In this document: one piece after another, positions 33,792-45,041 of the stretch
How the letters are laid out: every line of letters starts with the position of its first letter
How positions within the stretch are numbered: the first letter of the stretch is position 1
Assembly (NCBI RefSeq): GCF_040938485.1
Contig: NW_027270981.1
Location: forward strand, 992,001 to 1,056,000
DNA from: Diadema antillarum
Taxonomy: Eukaryota
DNA: 64,000 nucleotides
Direction of reading: 5' to 3'
The notes under the pieces: model-generated
The model's input: the letters and a program-made list of their open reading frames with translations, nothing else
What the model was told of the DNA's origin: nothing
The model's database searches: none
Program-made: the position numbers and the translations under genes

Positions 33792-36629
33792 CTATACTGG
33801 AATGGCATTATTTATTACCTTGTTTGATCTAAAGTTTTTCTCAAGCTTTGCCCAGAACAAGTCCTGTCCGTATTCATCCTCTTCCCATTCTAAGTATGGT
33901 CTGTTAGCACTCAGGAAGAGCCGCACAAGATAAGGAAGTTGGTTTTCTTCCACATCCTCCTTGAAAATCAGGACAACTTTGTCCAATTTGGTTTCGTTAA
34001 TGTGTTCTAAGGCCATACGCAGCTTAGTCATAAACCATATCTCCTCTACTGACTGGTTGCTGATCACAAGAACAGTCTTGTAGCTATTTTCCAGGGCATG
34101 ATGGATAGCGTCTACTAAGTACATTCCAATGTGGAAATAGTCATCACCCCAGAGAATGCTTTCAAACTGGGGAAATCTTTCTTCCATTGCTGGTTTCATG
34201 ACATCGTCGACCCAGTCTTCATCCCCATCAGAGAACATTACATTAATCTGGTACCTATAGTCCTCTATTTGTTGATTGTCCTCCACTTCCTCGTATCCCA
34301 AGATGGCTAGCTTCAGGAGATAGAGCCGGTAACGAAACCACCAGCGCTTATAGTATACAACTATAGCCACATATCCCACCATAATAAGGACCAGGGAAAC
34401 TGATACTACGAGTGTCACATTTATGCTGCAGAATTCTTCAGGATCAAATGGTAGAAAAGGATGATTGACTAAAGTTGGAAAGGATGATCTTGAGCAAACA
34501 GTCTTGTTCGGTTGCATAAGAACAACATTGCTCAGCTCAACCCAGTTTCTGAACCACGCTAAATTGCATTTGCATGAGAGTGGGTTGTGGGATAAGTCTA
34601 GAAAGCGCATTGTATCAGGAAATATAGTATTGGGATATATGGTCGTGAGGTGATTCTCAAGCAGAAATAATTTGAAAAGATGAGGTGTGTCATTGAACAG
34701 TGTAAGTGGCAAAGACCTAACCATATTTCTTTCGAAAAAAAGATTTCTGAGACTCTGGAGACCATACAGGGCATGCGCAGATGGCTCTTGAATTTGGTTA
34801 CCCCTGAGATACAATGTTGTCAAGGAAGTCAAATTCTTAAATAGTCCCTCTTTCAGTACTTTGATCTCAGAGTCAGAGATATCCAATGATTTCAGGCTTT
34901 CCAGTGAACTAAAGGTTCCAGTTTCCATGTTGTCCAAGGAATTTCCCTGCAGGTAAAGCCCCTCGAGTACTGCTTGACCAGCAAACAAGGAATGGTTTGT
35001 TTTGGAATCAAACAAATTTTTGCTTTGTAAATTGTTGAAACGTAGATAAAGTTTTTGCAGTGATGCAGTTCCTGAAAACTGGTGTGTGGAATTCATTGAA
35101 AGTTTTGTATTTGACAGATCCAGTATTTGTAGATCAGTCATCTCTCGGAAAACTTCAACAAGGTAAGAGTAGCCTTCTGAATTCAGATACAACTTTTGAA
35201 GATGTGGTGTTTGTGCAAATGCAACTGGAGAATATCCACTAATCTGATTGTAAGAGGCATGTAGAACTTTGAGATTAGTGAGTCCCCATAGCATGCTGTC
35301 AGGAAGTTTATCTAAATTATTGAAAGAGATGTTCAGAGTGAGCAGAGTTTTAACGATCCAGCGTCTGTATTTGCAGGATCGAACCAGGTTGTTGGAGAGA
35401 TCAAGATGTTGCATCATAGACAGCTGTATGAAGGAGCCAGGATCCAATGTGACAATTTCATTGTGGGAAATGTTCAACTGGAGGAGGTTTTCATTGCAGT
35501 GAAATGAACCCAATGGCAGAGAGGAAATGTGATTTCCAGATATGTCCAGAATCTCTAATGAATGAAGTCCACAAAAAGATGTGTTTGCAATATTTGTTAT
35601 CCTGTTCTGTCGTATTTTTAGACTTAAAGTGTGATTTAAACCTGCAAATGCGTAGTGAGGGATGTCAAATATTCCATTGTTACTCAACTCTATGTTCAAT
35701 ATGTGGGGAATGTCAACTCTTTCACACGTAGATTTGTTCAGTGGAATTATTTCCTTGAGCGAAGTGCCAATAAGTGACAGTTTCGTAATCTTCAAGTTGC
35801 CCATGAATGCCAGCACTTCAAATTTGTCGATATTATTCGCATCAAGGTAAATAAAATTAACAATTGTAAGGTCCGAGAATACTCCAGATGTTACTTCAGT
35901 GATTTTGTTATTGCTCAGGTCTAAAGCATGCATGGAGTTGTTTTGTAGGGGGAAAAAAGCATGTTTTGGAATGGATGTGATATCATTCCTTGACAAGTTT
36001 ATTTCAGATATTCTCTTCCACTGTGAGACTGACTGAAAGTCAAACTTTTTTATTGAATTTTTCATCAAAATTAGTTTCTGTAAGTTTGATAAATTTTTTA
36101 TTGCAGCTAGAGGCACAGAAGGAATCAAATTATATCCTAAATCTACAACAGTGAGATTCTTACTAGAATTTAGTAGTCCTGGCTGAATTTGTGTCAACTC
36201 ATTTCCCGAAAGACATAATACTTTGAGATGAATTAGCGGTGTAAGAGCAGCATTTTCTATATGAACAATGACATTGCTCTTCAAATTTAAGTTGATTAGA
36301 TTCCAGAGATGTCCAAAGGAGTTGTTTTGAAGTTGTGATATAAGGTTGTGTGATAAATCTAAAGCAATGGTCCTGTTTGGTAGGTCTTGTGGAACTGACT
36401 TCAGATGGCAGTGGTTGCAGTAGGCCTTGTACATGCCTTGGGTTGCATTTTCGATGTGACAGCAGTTGTGTTGGGGAGGCACCATCTGGTCTGTTGGGAA
36501 GTCAGCTGACACTGGCAGCAAGCACACCACCCACAGCACCAGAAGAATGCAGCATGTAGCATACAATAAGGAATGCATCCTGAAGGCAGCCATGGTGCCC
36601 TCGAAATGGTCACGTGTTATACCGTACAT
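33792..36629 (-). CDS. Toll-like receptor TLR-C, 945 aa (933 aa if the conserved ATG at 36593 is used)
   Basis: LRR-TM-TIR, intact ORF; the extra upstream ATG lies 7 nt inside the predicted exon. Confidence 0.97.
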   Translation of the reverse strand: MYGITRDHFEGTMAAFRMHSLLYATCCILLVLWVVCLLPVSADFPTDQMVPPQHNCCHIENATQGMYKAYCNHCHLKSVPQDLPNRTIALDLSHNLISQLQNNSFGHLWNLINLNLKSNVIVHIENAALTPLIHLKVLCLSGNELTQIQPGLLNSSKNLTVVDLGYNLIPSVPLAAIKNLSNLQKLILMKNSIKKFDFQSVSQWKRISEINLSRNDITSIPKHAFFPLQNNSMHALDLSNNKITEVTSGVFSDLTIVNFIYLDANNIDKFEVLAFMGNLKITKLSLIGTSLKEIIPLNKSTCERVDIPHILNIELSNNGIFDIPHYAFAGLNHTLSLKIRQNRITNIANTSFCGLHSLEILDISGNHISSLPLGSFHCNENLLQLNISHNEIVTLDPGSFIQLSMMQHLDLSNNLVRSCKYRRWIVKTLLTLNISFNNLDKLPDSMLWGLTNLKVLHASYNQISGYSPVAFAQTPHLQKLYLNSEGYSYLVEVFREMTDLQILDLSNTKLSMNSTHQFSGTASLQKLYLRFNNLQSKNLFDSKTNHSLFAGQAVLEGLYLQGNSLDNMETGTFSSLESLKSLDISDSEIKVLKEGLFKNLTSLTTLYLRGNQIQEPSAHALYGLQSLRNLFFERNMVRSLPLTLFNDTPHLFKLFLLENHLTTIYPNTIFPDTMRFLDLSHNPLSCKCNLAWFRNWVELSNVVLMQPNKTVCSRSSFPTLVNHPFLPFDPEEFCSINVTLVVSVSLVLIMVGYVAIVVYYKRWWFRYRLYLLKLAILGYEEVEDNQQIEDYRYQINVMFSDGDEDWVDDVMKPAMEERFPQFESILWGDDYFHIGMYLVDAIHHALENSYKTVLVISNQSVEEIWFMTKLRMALEHINETKLDKVVLIFKEDVEENQLPYLVRLFLSANRPYLEWEEDEYGQDLFWAKLEKNFRSNKVINNAIPV

Positions 36630-37254
36630 CCACTTCCTGTGAAAATTTTACAAGAAGTATCAAGCTCAGTCATGGAAAGCAAGCTCATGACAGCTAGAAT
36701 GCAGTTTAGGAATATCATCAGATTTCTAGGAGTGTGCATGTTAATGTCCAGGAAACTGTAGATAACCCCATGCAGCAACTTCCACTTCAATTAGACTGCG
36801 TATTTTAACTGTCAATCTTGTAATGTACTGTATATAGTACCAGTACCAAATTAGGCAGCAACATGTTTTGTGATTACCTGTTTGAAGTTCCTGGAACAGG
36901 TCCATCTCAGTCAGGAAAGATTACTTTAAAGAAGTTGATATGTTTACAATGTCAGAGATAGTTTAAATAAAGATGCTTGTCTAGTGCTTATCATGACAGG
37001 TTCATTGCTTAGCTGCTAGTTTTACTCAATCGTTCCAATGACCACATACAGGTGTTAAAATGTGCTCACCTCGAAATCCGGAAAAATGGATAATCATCAG
37101 AAAGTCAGCTTCATGTGGACAGTAGAGTATATCAGAGTGCCAAGATAGTTCACTCCTATGACACTGTGATAGATGAGGTGGCGTTATCATTAGTTCATGT
37201 GTCAGTCTTGCAGTCAAGATTGGGGCTTGAAGTTAAGGCCCTGTTGGTCTAGGT

Positions 37255-37480
37255 GGGATGAACAGAGTTGCCTGACACTATGATTTCCTCCACAGCAAGA
37301 GGCAAAAACACTGTCCTTTGAACCAGATGAATGCAGGTCCAGTGTTTGAGAAAGTCTTGACTCATGCACAGTAATATAAAGATCCCACCTCACTTCTCTT
37401 TGCAAAGAGCAGGGTGTACACACTCAAAGTAGTCCAACCCACACACAGATGATTGCTGCTGTGAGGCCCATCGTAGTTCA
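37255..37480 (+). mobile_element. Old SINE-core remnant upstream of TLR-C
   Basis: GCAAGAGGCAAAAACACTGTCC...AGGTCCAGTGTTTGAGAAAG...ACTCATGCAC...AAAGATCCC...GCAAAGAGCAGGGTGT; TGACTCA at 37358. Confidence 0.7.
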
Positions 37481-38288
37481 CCCCCATCCCGGGTGAACAG
37501 CAATACCACAGAAATTTATGCATGTATAGGAGATCCATGCATGCTTGTCTTTAGGTCTTCAGGGTTTGACAGTTATCAGATGAAGAATGATTTATAAGCT
37601 CTGCCGTAAATGAATGGTTCTAGAGGCTTTTAGAAGATTTAGTGACCTAGCTAACACAGGATATTCACAGTGGCCTTTGTTTTTGCAATAAAGGGCCATG
37701 ATTGATGGTCAACTGACACTGGATGCACTGCCTCACGTGTGGCATTGAAACCATTTTATGAAATGATTGAAGGCGTAATTCAGGGTGTGAAATTACCTTA
37801 AAATGGAATGTGAAATCTGGCCGTGCATTTCATCATATGCCATAATTAGTATAAAGCAGTCAACGAAAAGTGATGTCCAATTAATCATTCAATCAAACTG
37901 TATTTAAATGTCAGTGCAGTCTCATTTGTCATAAATCATTCATACAAGTTTCAATTTTGATTAAAGGCAGGGCTTTAGCTTTTCTGAAATGTATCCAGTG
38001 GTGTGGATTTACTTTTTAATTGATTTATTGATGGATATTTCATTTTATTAGTACCATCAAGAGGAAAGGCTGTGCAGTTTGCTGTACATAATTTCAAGAA
38101 GGGATGTGCAGATTCCTTGACATAACCAAGTGGGGTTTCTCAAACTTTAAACCCAAACTTGACATTAATAAGCATTGCAGTGGTGGATTTTGTATCTTGA
38201 AATTTCTCATGGGTGAACGGTAAATAAGGAGTGATCTGGTGACTCTAGAGAGTACAGCAGCTTCATTGCGTGACAAGATTGCATAGTA

Positions 38289-39132
38289 CAGTACTCTCCG
38301 GATAATCGGGTATGCTCGGGCAGAGCGTTTCTTACCCGATTACGCGGAGTACGCGATTAACAGAAGAACACGTCTCATTCACAATTGACACACACAATGT
38401 GTATGTACATGCATTGTACACCGCACCAAACACCTACACTGTATAATTATCACGGCTTGCACGGCACATTATACGTACCTTACACTTGCTCAGTCACGAG
38501 CAATGATTTAAACTCTTTTAATGGACAAATTATGTCTTCAGAAAATTTGTCGTTTGACTATAGACTCCTCGCTAACACGAAGGTGTTTTCCAAAATTAAC
38601 ATGTCTCTTTGCGTGCACTAGTCACATAGAACGTTGGGTTACTTTTCGAGAAGTGACTGGGGGAAAGCAAATTTCCGGAGCTGGTGCATGGCCTGATTTT
38701 CGTTGTAAACTTCTCATATTGTGAACGTTGTTGTGGAGCAAGGGAGGAGCGCAAGTGTGTTCAACTCTTGTCTGTCTATGCAATTGTGAGTGCCAGCTAC
38801 ATACAGTGTCCTGTTTGTTTACATGTGGCAAGTCAGTACTGGTACATGTGTTTTCATGTTTAATCACTCCCCAATTTAATGATCGGTCTTCTTTGTAAAT
38901 TAAGCAGAAAGTGCGATTAACCGTGACAAATTTGACATTCATTTCTTAAAGTGTTATATCTGCGATAAGATGTATGTAGAAATTAGATTATAAGAAAATT
39001 ATTTACCCATATATGCGGAGAGGCAACCCGATTATCAGGTAGATTTAATGTGCATTGAAACTGATTTTGACATTACTACCCAATTAAATGGAGTACCCGT
39101 TGAAACCATACCCGATTACGCGGAGAGTACTG
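38289..39132. mobile_element. Tc1/mariner-type non-autonomous element
   Basis: TA|CAGTACTCTCC..TAATCGGGTAT...ATACCCGATTA..GGAGAGTACTG; absent from the TLR-A paralog (15860-15880). Confidence 0.8.
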
Positions 39133-39359
39133 TGTCAGTGAATGTAATCAAATTGGTCCCATGGAAAATACATTTTTGTTATAAAGATCACATAAAGTGA
39201 ATATTTTCTTTCATGTATTGATGGGGGGTTAAACCAATTTGCGTAATCTCTGTCACTCAAGGGTTCCTGTAGAAAATTACAGATATTGTACATAGAAGCA
39301 GGTGAGACACACACACGTTGTATGTGCACTTCTCCCTCCTTCTCTGCCACATATGTTCG

Positions 39360-39450
39360 AGAGGGCATTTTCTACAATTGGGTTCCTCTTCATGCAAAAA
39401 CAAAAGTAGTGCCATCGCCATTGAGGGAAAGTAGCCTTTTGTTCAGATGT
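39360..39450. other. Truncated ETS block (copy 4; lacks the ETS/CTCACAC part)
   Basis: GAGGGC...GTTCCTCTTCATGCAAAAACAAAAGTAGT...GAGGGAAAGTAGCC matches 19060-19145, then diverges. Confidence 0.6.
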
Positions 39451-39910
39451 TAACAAAACTGTGGTATACATGCATGGTTAATGACAGGGTCTTTACAAAC
39501 CGAAAAAAAGTATATGTACATGTAACTCTTGCGATTTCTTGCATAATTTCTAACAATACGATTCAAAGAAAATATCACACATTAGAGTAGATAAGAATTT
39601 AAGTCTGACATATTATAGAAATAACTGGAAATGCCAGACATTAAAGGGTAGCTGTCATGATTGAAAAATGGGTGAACTTCAAACATGATTATCTCGAAAC
39701 ATCATCCTTACGGAAATACTGCATATACGACGGTTCGGATGACTGCAGACGATATGTTGCCCAACAAAACATTCCAATTCAGGAATATTCTTTTGAGATG
39801 CATCTTTGTGTATTTCATACACTTATAACAGTGATGACCAAGCTTTTGATTAATAACAACAGTAGGTCAATGCAGGCTTTACTTGGCATTGACTTTGCCC
39901 ATCAGACATG

Positions 39911-40072
39911 CATGGGTAGGGGCCAAGTTTTAGTGCCACTAGTCAAAGTACAGGTTATGTTAATGACTTGATAAAATTTCTGTCTGATTAACATGGGTAG
40001 GGGCCAAGTTTTAGTGCCACTAGTCAAAGTACAGGTGTATGTTAATGACTTGATAAAATTTCTGTCTGATTA
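39911..40072. repeat. 81-bp tandem duplication in the TLR-D 3' flank (also 46687-46848 in TLR-E)
   Basis: CATGGGTAGGGGCC at 39911 and 39992; 46687 and 46768. Confidence 0.9.
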
Positions 40073-40194
40073 ACAAAGATTATGTCCCTTCAGTTCTGTG
40101 TGTAGTTTATTTTCTAGATATTACACTCACTGTGCATAATCTTATTTGAGTATCAGAAATGTTAGAGCTGCCGTGATTAGTGGAGATGTATTTT

Positions 40195-43029
40195 CTATAC
40201 AGGAATGACATTATTTATTACCTTGTTTGACCTGAAATTCTTCTCAAGCTTGGCCCAGAACAAATTCTGTCCATATTCATCTTCTTCCCATTTCAAGTAC
40301 GGTCTGTTAGCACTCAGGAAGAGCCGCACAAGATACGGAAGATGGTTTTCTTCTACATTCTCCTTGAAGATCAGGACAACTTTGTCCAATTTGGTGTCAT
40401 TAATATGTTCTAATGCCATGCGCAGCTTGGTCATAAACCATGTCTCCTCCACTGACTGGTTGCTGATCACAAGAACAGTCTTGAAGCTGTTTTCCAGGGC
40501 ATGATGGATAGCGTCTACTAAGTAGAGGCCAATTTCGAGATAGTCGTCACCCCAGAGAATGCTTTCAAACTGAGGAAATTTTTCTTCCATTGCTGGTCTC
40601 ATGACATTGTTGACCCAGTCTTCATCCCCATCAGAGAACATGACATTTAGCTGATCCCTATAGTCCTCTATATGCTGCTTGCCTTCCAAATCTTTGTATC
40701 CAAAGATGGCCAGCTTCAAGAGATAGAGGTGGTAGCGAACCCACCAGCGCCTATAGTATACAACTATGGCCACATATCCCACCATGATAAGGGCCAAGGA
40801 AACTGATACTATAAGAGTCACATTTATGCTACACAATTCATCAGGATTAAAGAGCAGAAAGGGATGATCGACCACAGTTTCAAAGGATGATCTTGAGCAA
40901 ACAGTTTTATTCGATTGCATAAGGACCACATTACTGAGCTCAACCCACTTTCTGAACCACGCTAAATCGCATGTGCATGAGAGTGGGTTTTGTGATAAAT
41001 CTAAGTGTATAGTGGTAGGAAATAATGTACCAGGAAATATGGTGCTGAGGTGATTCTCAGATAGAAATAGTTTAAAAAGATGAGGTGTGTCATTGAACAG
41101 TGTGATTGGCAAAGACCTAACTGAACTCTTTTCAAAGAAAAGATTTCTGAGACTGTGGAGACCATACAGGGCATGTGCAGATGGCTCTTGAATTTGGTTA
41201 CCCCTTAGATACAATGTTGTCAAGGAAGTCAAATTTTGAAACAGTCCTGGTTTCAGTACTTTGATCTCTGAGTGAGAGATATCCAATGATTTCAGGCTTT
41301 CCAGTGAACTGAAGATTCCAGTTTCCATGTTGTTCAAGGAATTTCCCTGCAGGTAAAGCCCCTTGAGTACTGCTTGACCAGCAAACAAGGACTGGTTTGT
41401 TTTGGTGTCAAACAAATTTTTGCTTTGTAAATTGTTGAAACGTAGATAAAGCTCTTGCAGTGATGCAGTACCTGAAAACTGGTGTGTGGAATTCATTGAA
41501 AGTTTTGTATTTGACAGATCCAGTATTTGTAGATCAGTCATCTCTTGGAAAACTTCAGCAAGGTAGGAGTAGCCTTCTGAATTCAGGTACAACTCTTGAA
41601 GATGTGGTGTTTTTGTAAATGCAACTGGAGAATATCCACTAATCTGATTGTAAGAGGCATGTAGAACTGTGAGATTAGTGAGTCCCCATAACATGCTGTC
41701 AGGAAGTTTATCTAAATTATTGAAAGAGATGTCCAGAGTGAGCAGAGTTTTAATGGTCCAGCGTCTGTATTTGCAGGATCGAACCAGGTTATTGGAGAGA
41801 TCAAGATGCTGCATCATAGACAGCTGTATGAAGGAGCCAGGATGCAATATGATAATTTTGTTGTGGGAAATGTTCAACTGGAGGAGGTTTTCATTGCAGT
41901 GAAATGCACCCAATGGCAGAGAGGAAATGTGATTTCCAGATATGTCCAGAATCTCTAATGAATGAAGTCCACAAAAAGATGTGTTTGCAATATTTGTTAT
42001 CCTGTTCTGTCGTATTTTTAGACTTAAAGTGTGATTTAAACCTGCAAATGCGTAGTGAGGGATGTCAAATATTCCATTGTTACTCAACTCTATGTGCAAT
42101 ATGTGGGGAATGTCAACTTGTTCACACGTAGATTTGTTCAGTGGAATTATTTCCTTGAGCGAAGTGCCAATAAGTGACAGTTTCGTAATCTTCAAGTTGC
42201 CCATGAATGCCAGCACTTCAAATTTGTCGATATTATTCGCATCAAGGTAAATAAAATTAACAATTGTAAGGTCCGAGAATACTCCAGATGTTACTTCAGT
42301 GATTTTGTTATTGCTCAGGTCTAAAGCATGCATGGAGTTGTTTTGTAGGGGGAAAAAAGCATGTTTTGGAATGGATGTGATATCATTCCTTGACAAGTTT
42401 ATTTCAGATATTCTCTTCCACTGTGAGACTGACTGAAAGTCAAACTTTTTTATTGAATTTTTCATCAAAATTAGTTTCTGTAAGTTTGATAATTTTTTTA
42501 TTGCAGCTAGAGGCACAGAAGGAATCAAATTATATCCTAAATCTACAACAGTGAGATTCTTACTAGAATTTAGTAGTCCTGGCTGAATTTGTGCCAACTC
42601 ATTTCCCGAAAGACATAATACTTTGAGATGAATTAGCGGTGTAAGAGCAGCATTTTCTATATGAACAATGACATTGCTCTTCAAATTTAAGTTGATTAGA
42701 TTCCAGAGATGTCCAAAGGAGTTGTTTTGAAGTTGTGATATAAGGTTGTGTGATAAATCTAAAGCAATGGTCCTGTTTGGTAGGTCTTGTGGAACTGACT
42801 TCAGATGGCAGTGGTTGCAGTAGGCCTTGTACATGCCTTGGGTTGCATTTTCGATGTGACAGCAGTTGTGTTGGGGAGGCACCATCTGGTCTGTTGGGAA
42901 GTCAGCTGACACTGGCAGCAAGCACACCACCCACAGCACCAGAAGAATGCAGCATGTAGCATACAATAAGGAATGCATCCTGAAGGCAGCCATGGTGCCC
43001 TCGAAATGGTCACGTGTTATACCGTACAT
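40195..43029 (-). CDS. Toll-like receptor TLR-D, 944 aa, chimera (N-terminal part TLR-C-like, C-terminal part TLR-E-like)
   Basis: Intact ORF; 41900-43029 nearly identical to TLR-C; 40195-41402 nearly identical to TLR-E. Confidence 0.95.
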   Translation of the reverse strand: MYGITRDHFEGTMAAFRMHSLLYATCCILLVLWVVCLLPVSADFPTDQMVPPQHNCCHIENATQGMYKAYCNHCHLKSVPQDLPNRTIALDLSHNLISQLQNNSFGHLWNLINLNLKSNVIVHIENAALTPLIHLKVLCLSGNELAQIQPGLLNSSKNLTVVDLGYNLIPSVPLAAIKKLSNLQKLILMKNSIKKFDFQSVSQWKRISEINLSRNDITSIPKHAFFPLQNNSMHALDLSNNKITEVTSGVFSDLTIVNFIYLDANNIDKFEVLAFMGNLKITKLSLIGTSLKEIIPLNKSTCEQVDIPHILHIELSNNGIFDIPHYAFAGLNHTLSLKIRQNRITNIANTSFCGLHSLEILDISGNHISSLPLGAFHCNENLLQLNISHNKIIILHPGSFIQLSMMQHLDLSNNLVRSCKYRRWTIKTLLTLDISFNNLDKLPDSMLWGLTNLTVLHASYNQISGYSPVAFTKTPHLQELYLNSEGYSYLAEVFQEMTDLQILDLSNTKLSMNSTHQFSGTASLQELYLRFNNLQSKNLFDTKTNQSLFAGQAVLKGLYLQGNSLNNMETGIFSSLESLKSLDISHSEIKVLKPGLFQNLTSLTTLYLRGNQIQEPSAHALYGLHSLRNLFFEKSSVRSLPITLFNDTPHLFKLFLSENHLSTIFPGTLFPTTIHLDLSQNPLSCTCDLAWFRKWVELSNVVLMQSNKTVCSRSSFETVVDHPFLLFNPDELCSINVTLIVSVSLALIMVGYVAIVVYYRRWWVRYHLYLLKLAIFGYKDLEGKQHIEDYRDQLNVMFSDGDEDWVNNVMRPAMEEKFPQFESILWGDDYLEIGLYLVDAIHHALENSFKTVLVISNQSVEETWFMTKLRMALEHINDTKLDKVVLIFKENVEENHLPYLVRLFLSANRPYLKWEEDEYGQNLFWAKLEKNFRSNKVINNVIPV

Positions 43030-43654
43030 CCACTTCCTGTGAAAATTTTACAAGAAGTATCAAGCTCAGTCATGGAAAGCAAGCTCATGACAGCTAGAAT
43101 GCAGTTTAGGAATATCATCAGATTTCTAGGAGTGTGCATGTTAATGTCCAGGAAACTGTAGATAACCCCATGCAGCAACTTCCACTTCAATTAGACTGCG
43201 TATTTTAACTGTCAATCTTGTAATGTACTGTATATAGTACCAGTACCAAATTAGGCAGCAACATGTTTTGTGATTACCTGTTTGAAGTTCCTGGAACAGG
43301 TCCATCTCAGTCAGGAAAGATTACTTTAAAGAAGTTGATATGTTTACAATGTCAGAGATAGTTTAAATAAAGATGCTTGTCTAGTGCTTATAATGACAGG
43401 TTCATTGCTTAGCTGCTAGTTTTACTCAATCGTTCCAATGACCACATACAGGTGTTAAAATGTGCTCACCTCGAAATCCGGAAAAATGGATAATCATCAG
43501 AAAGTTAGCTTCATGTGGACAGTAGAGTATATCAGAGTGCCAAGATAGTTCACTCCTATGACACAGTGATAGATGAGGTGGCGTTATCATTAGTTCATGT
43601 GTCAGTCTTGCAGTCAAGATTGGGGCTTGAAGTTAAGGCCCTGTTGGTCTAGGT

Positions 43655-43880
43655 GGGATGAACAGAGTTGCCTGACACTATGATTTCCTCCACAGCAAGA
43701 GGCAAAAACACTGTCCTTTGAACCAGATGAATGCAGGTCCAGTGTTTGAGAAAGTCTTGACTCATGCACAGTAATATAAAGATCCCACCTCACTTCTCTT
43801 TGCAAAGAGCAGGGTGTACACACTCAAAGTAGTCCAACCCACACACAGATGATTGCTGCTGTGAGGCCCATCGTAGTTCA
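43655..43880 (+). mobile_element. Old SINE-core remnant upstream of TLR-D
   Basis: Matches the TLR-C copy at offset 6400; TGACTCA at 43758. Confidence 0.7.
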
Positions 43881-44041
43881 CCCCCATCCCGGGTGAACAG
43901 CAATACCACAGAAATTTATGCATGTATAGGAGATCCATGCATGCTTGTCTTTAGGTCTTCAGGGTTTGACAGTTATCAGATGAAGAATGATTTATAAGCT
44001 CTGCCGTAAATGAATGGTACTAGAGGCTTTTAGAAGATTTA

Positions 44042-44394
44042 CCCCGCGTTCACATTGTCCCCCGTGCTGCGGGGACAGCCTCAAGAGATCTTATCTTTTT
44101 TACGACTGACCGTTCACATTGGTATCTCATCTGTCCCCGAGCTGTGGGGGCAATTGGGGCTTGGGGCGAGCTCTGCCAGGCATGGCGCATGCGCACATTT
44201 GATGACCACAGCTGGACGCTATCAATTTCGCCCCAAGGTCACTCTCCCCTCCAAATCCTGTCCCCGTACCCGACTTGATTCGCGGGGATGAGGGGACAAG
44301 TCCCAGCGAGCGTTCACATTATGGTTTTGGAGGAGAAAGTCCCACAGCTCGGGACTTTCCCCGCGGCGCGGGGGACAATGTGAACGCAGTGACA
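44042..44394. mobile_element. 353-bp MITE insertion (possibly PIF/Harbinger-like)
   Basis: Perfect 19-bp TIR GCGTTCACATTGTCCCCCG (44046) / CGGGGGACAATGTGAACGC (44369-44387); absent from the duplicate site at 37641. Confidence 0.85.
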
Positions 44395-45041
44395 GTGACC
44401 TAGCTAACACAGGATATTCACAGTGGCCTTTGTTTTTGCAATAAAGGGCCATGATTGATGGTCAACTGACACTGGATGCACTGCCTCACGTGTGGCATTG
44501 AAACCATTTTATGAAATGATTGAAGGCGTAATTCAGGGTGTGAAATTACCTTAAAATGGAATGTGAAATCTGGCCGTGCATTTCATCATATGCCATAATT
44601 AGTATAAAGCAGTCAACGAAAAGTGATGTCCAATTAATCATTCATACAAACTGTATTTAAATGTCAGTGCAGTCTCATTTGTCATAAATCATTCATACAA
44701 GTTTCAATTTTGATTAAAGGCAGGGCTTTAGCTTTTCTGAAATGTATCCAGTGGTGTGGATTTACTTTTTAATTGATTTATTGATGGATATTTCATTTTA
44801 TTAGTACCATCAAGAGGAAAGGCTGTGCAGTTTGCTGTACATAATTTCAAGAAGGGATGTGCAGATTCCTTGACATAACCAAGTGGGGTTTCTCAAACTT
44901 TAAACCCAAACTTGACATTAATAAGCATTGCAGTGGTGGATTTTGTATCTTGAAATTTCTCATGGGTGAACGGTAAATAAGGAGTGATCTGGTGACTCTA
45001 GAGAGTACAGCAGCTTCATTGCGTGACAAGATTGCATAGTA

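Noticed and set aside
38385-38942. Duplicated 60-106 aa ORFs as a transposase or small genes
   Set aside because: Inside a non-autonomous TIR element; no DDE or DNA-binding motifs; duplicated only through the segmental duplication.
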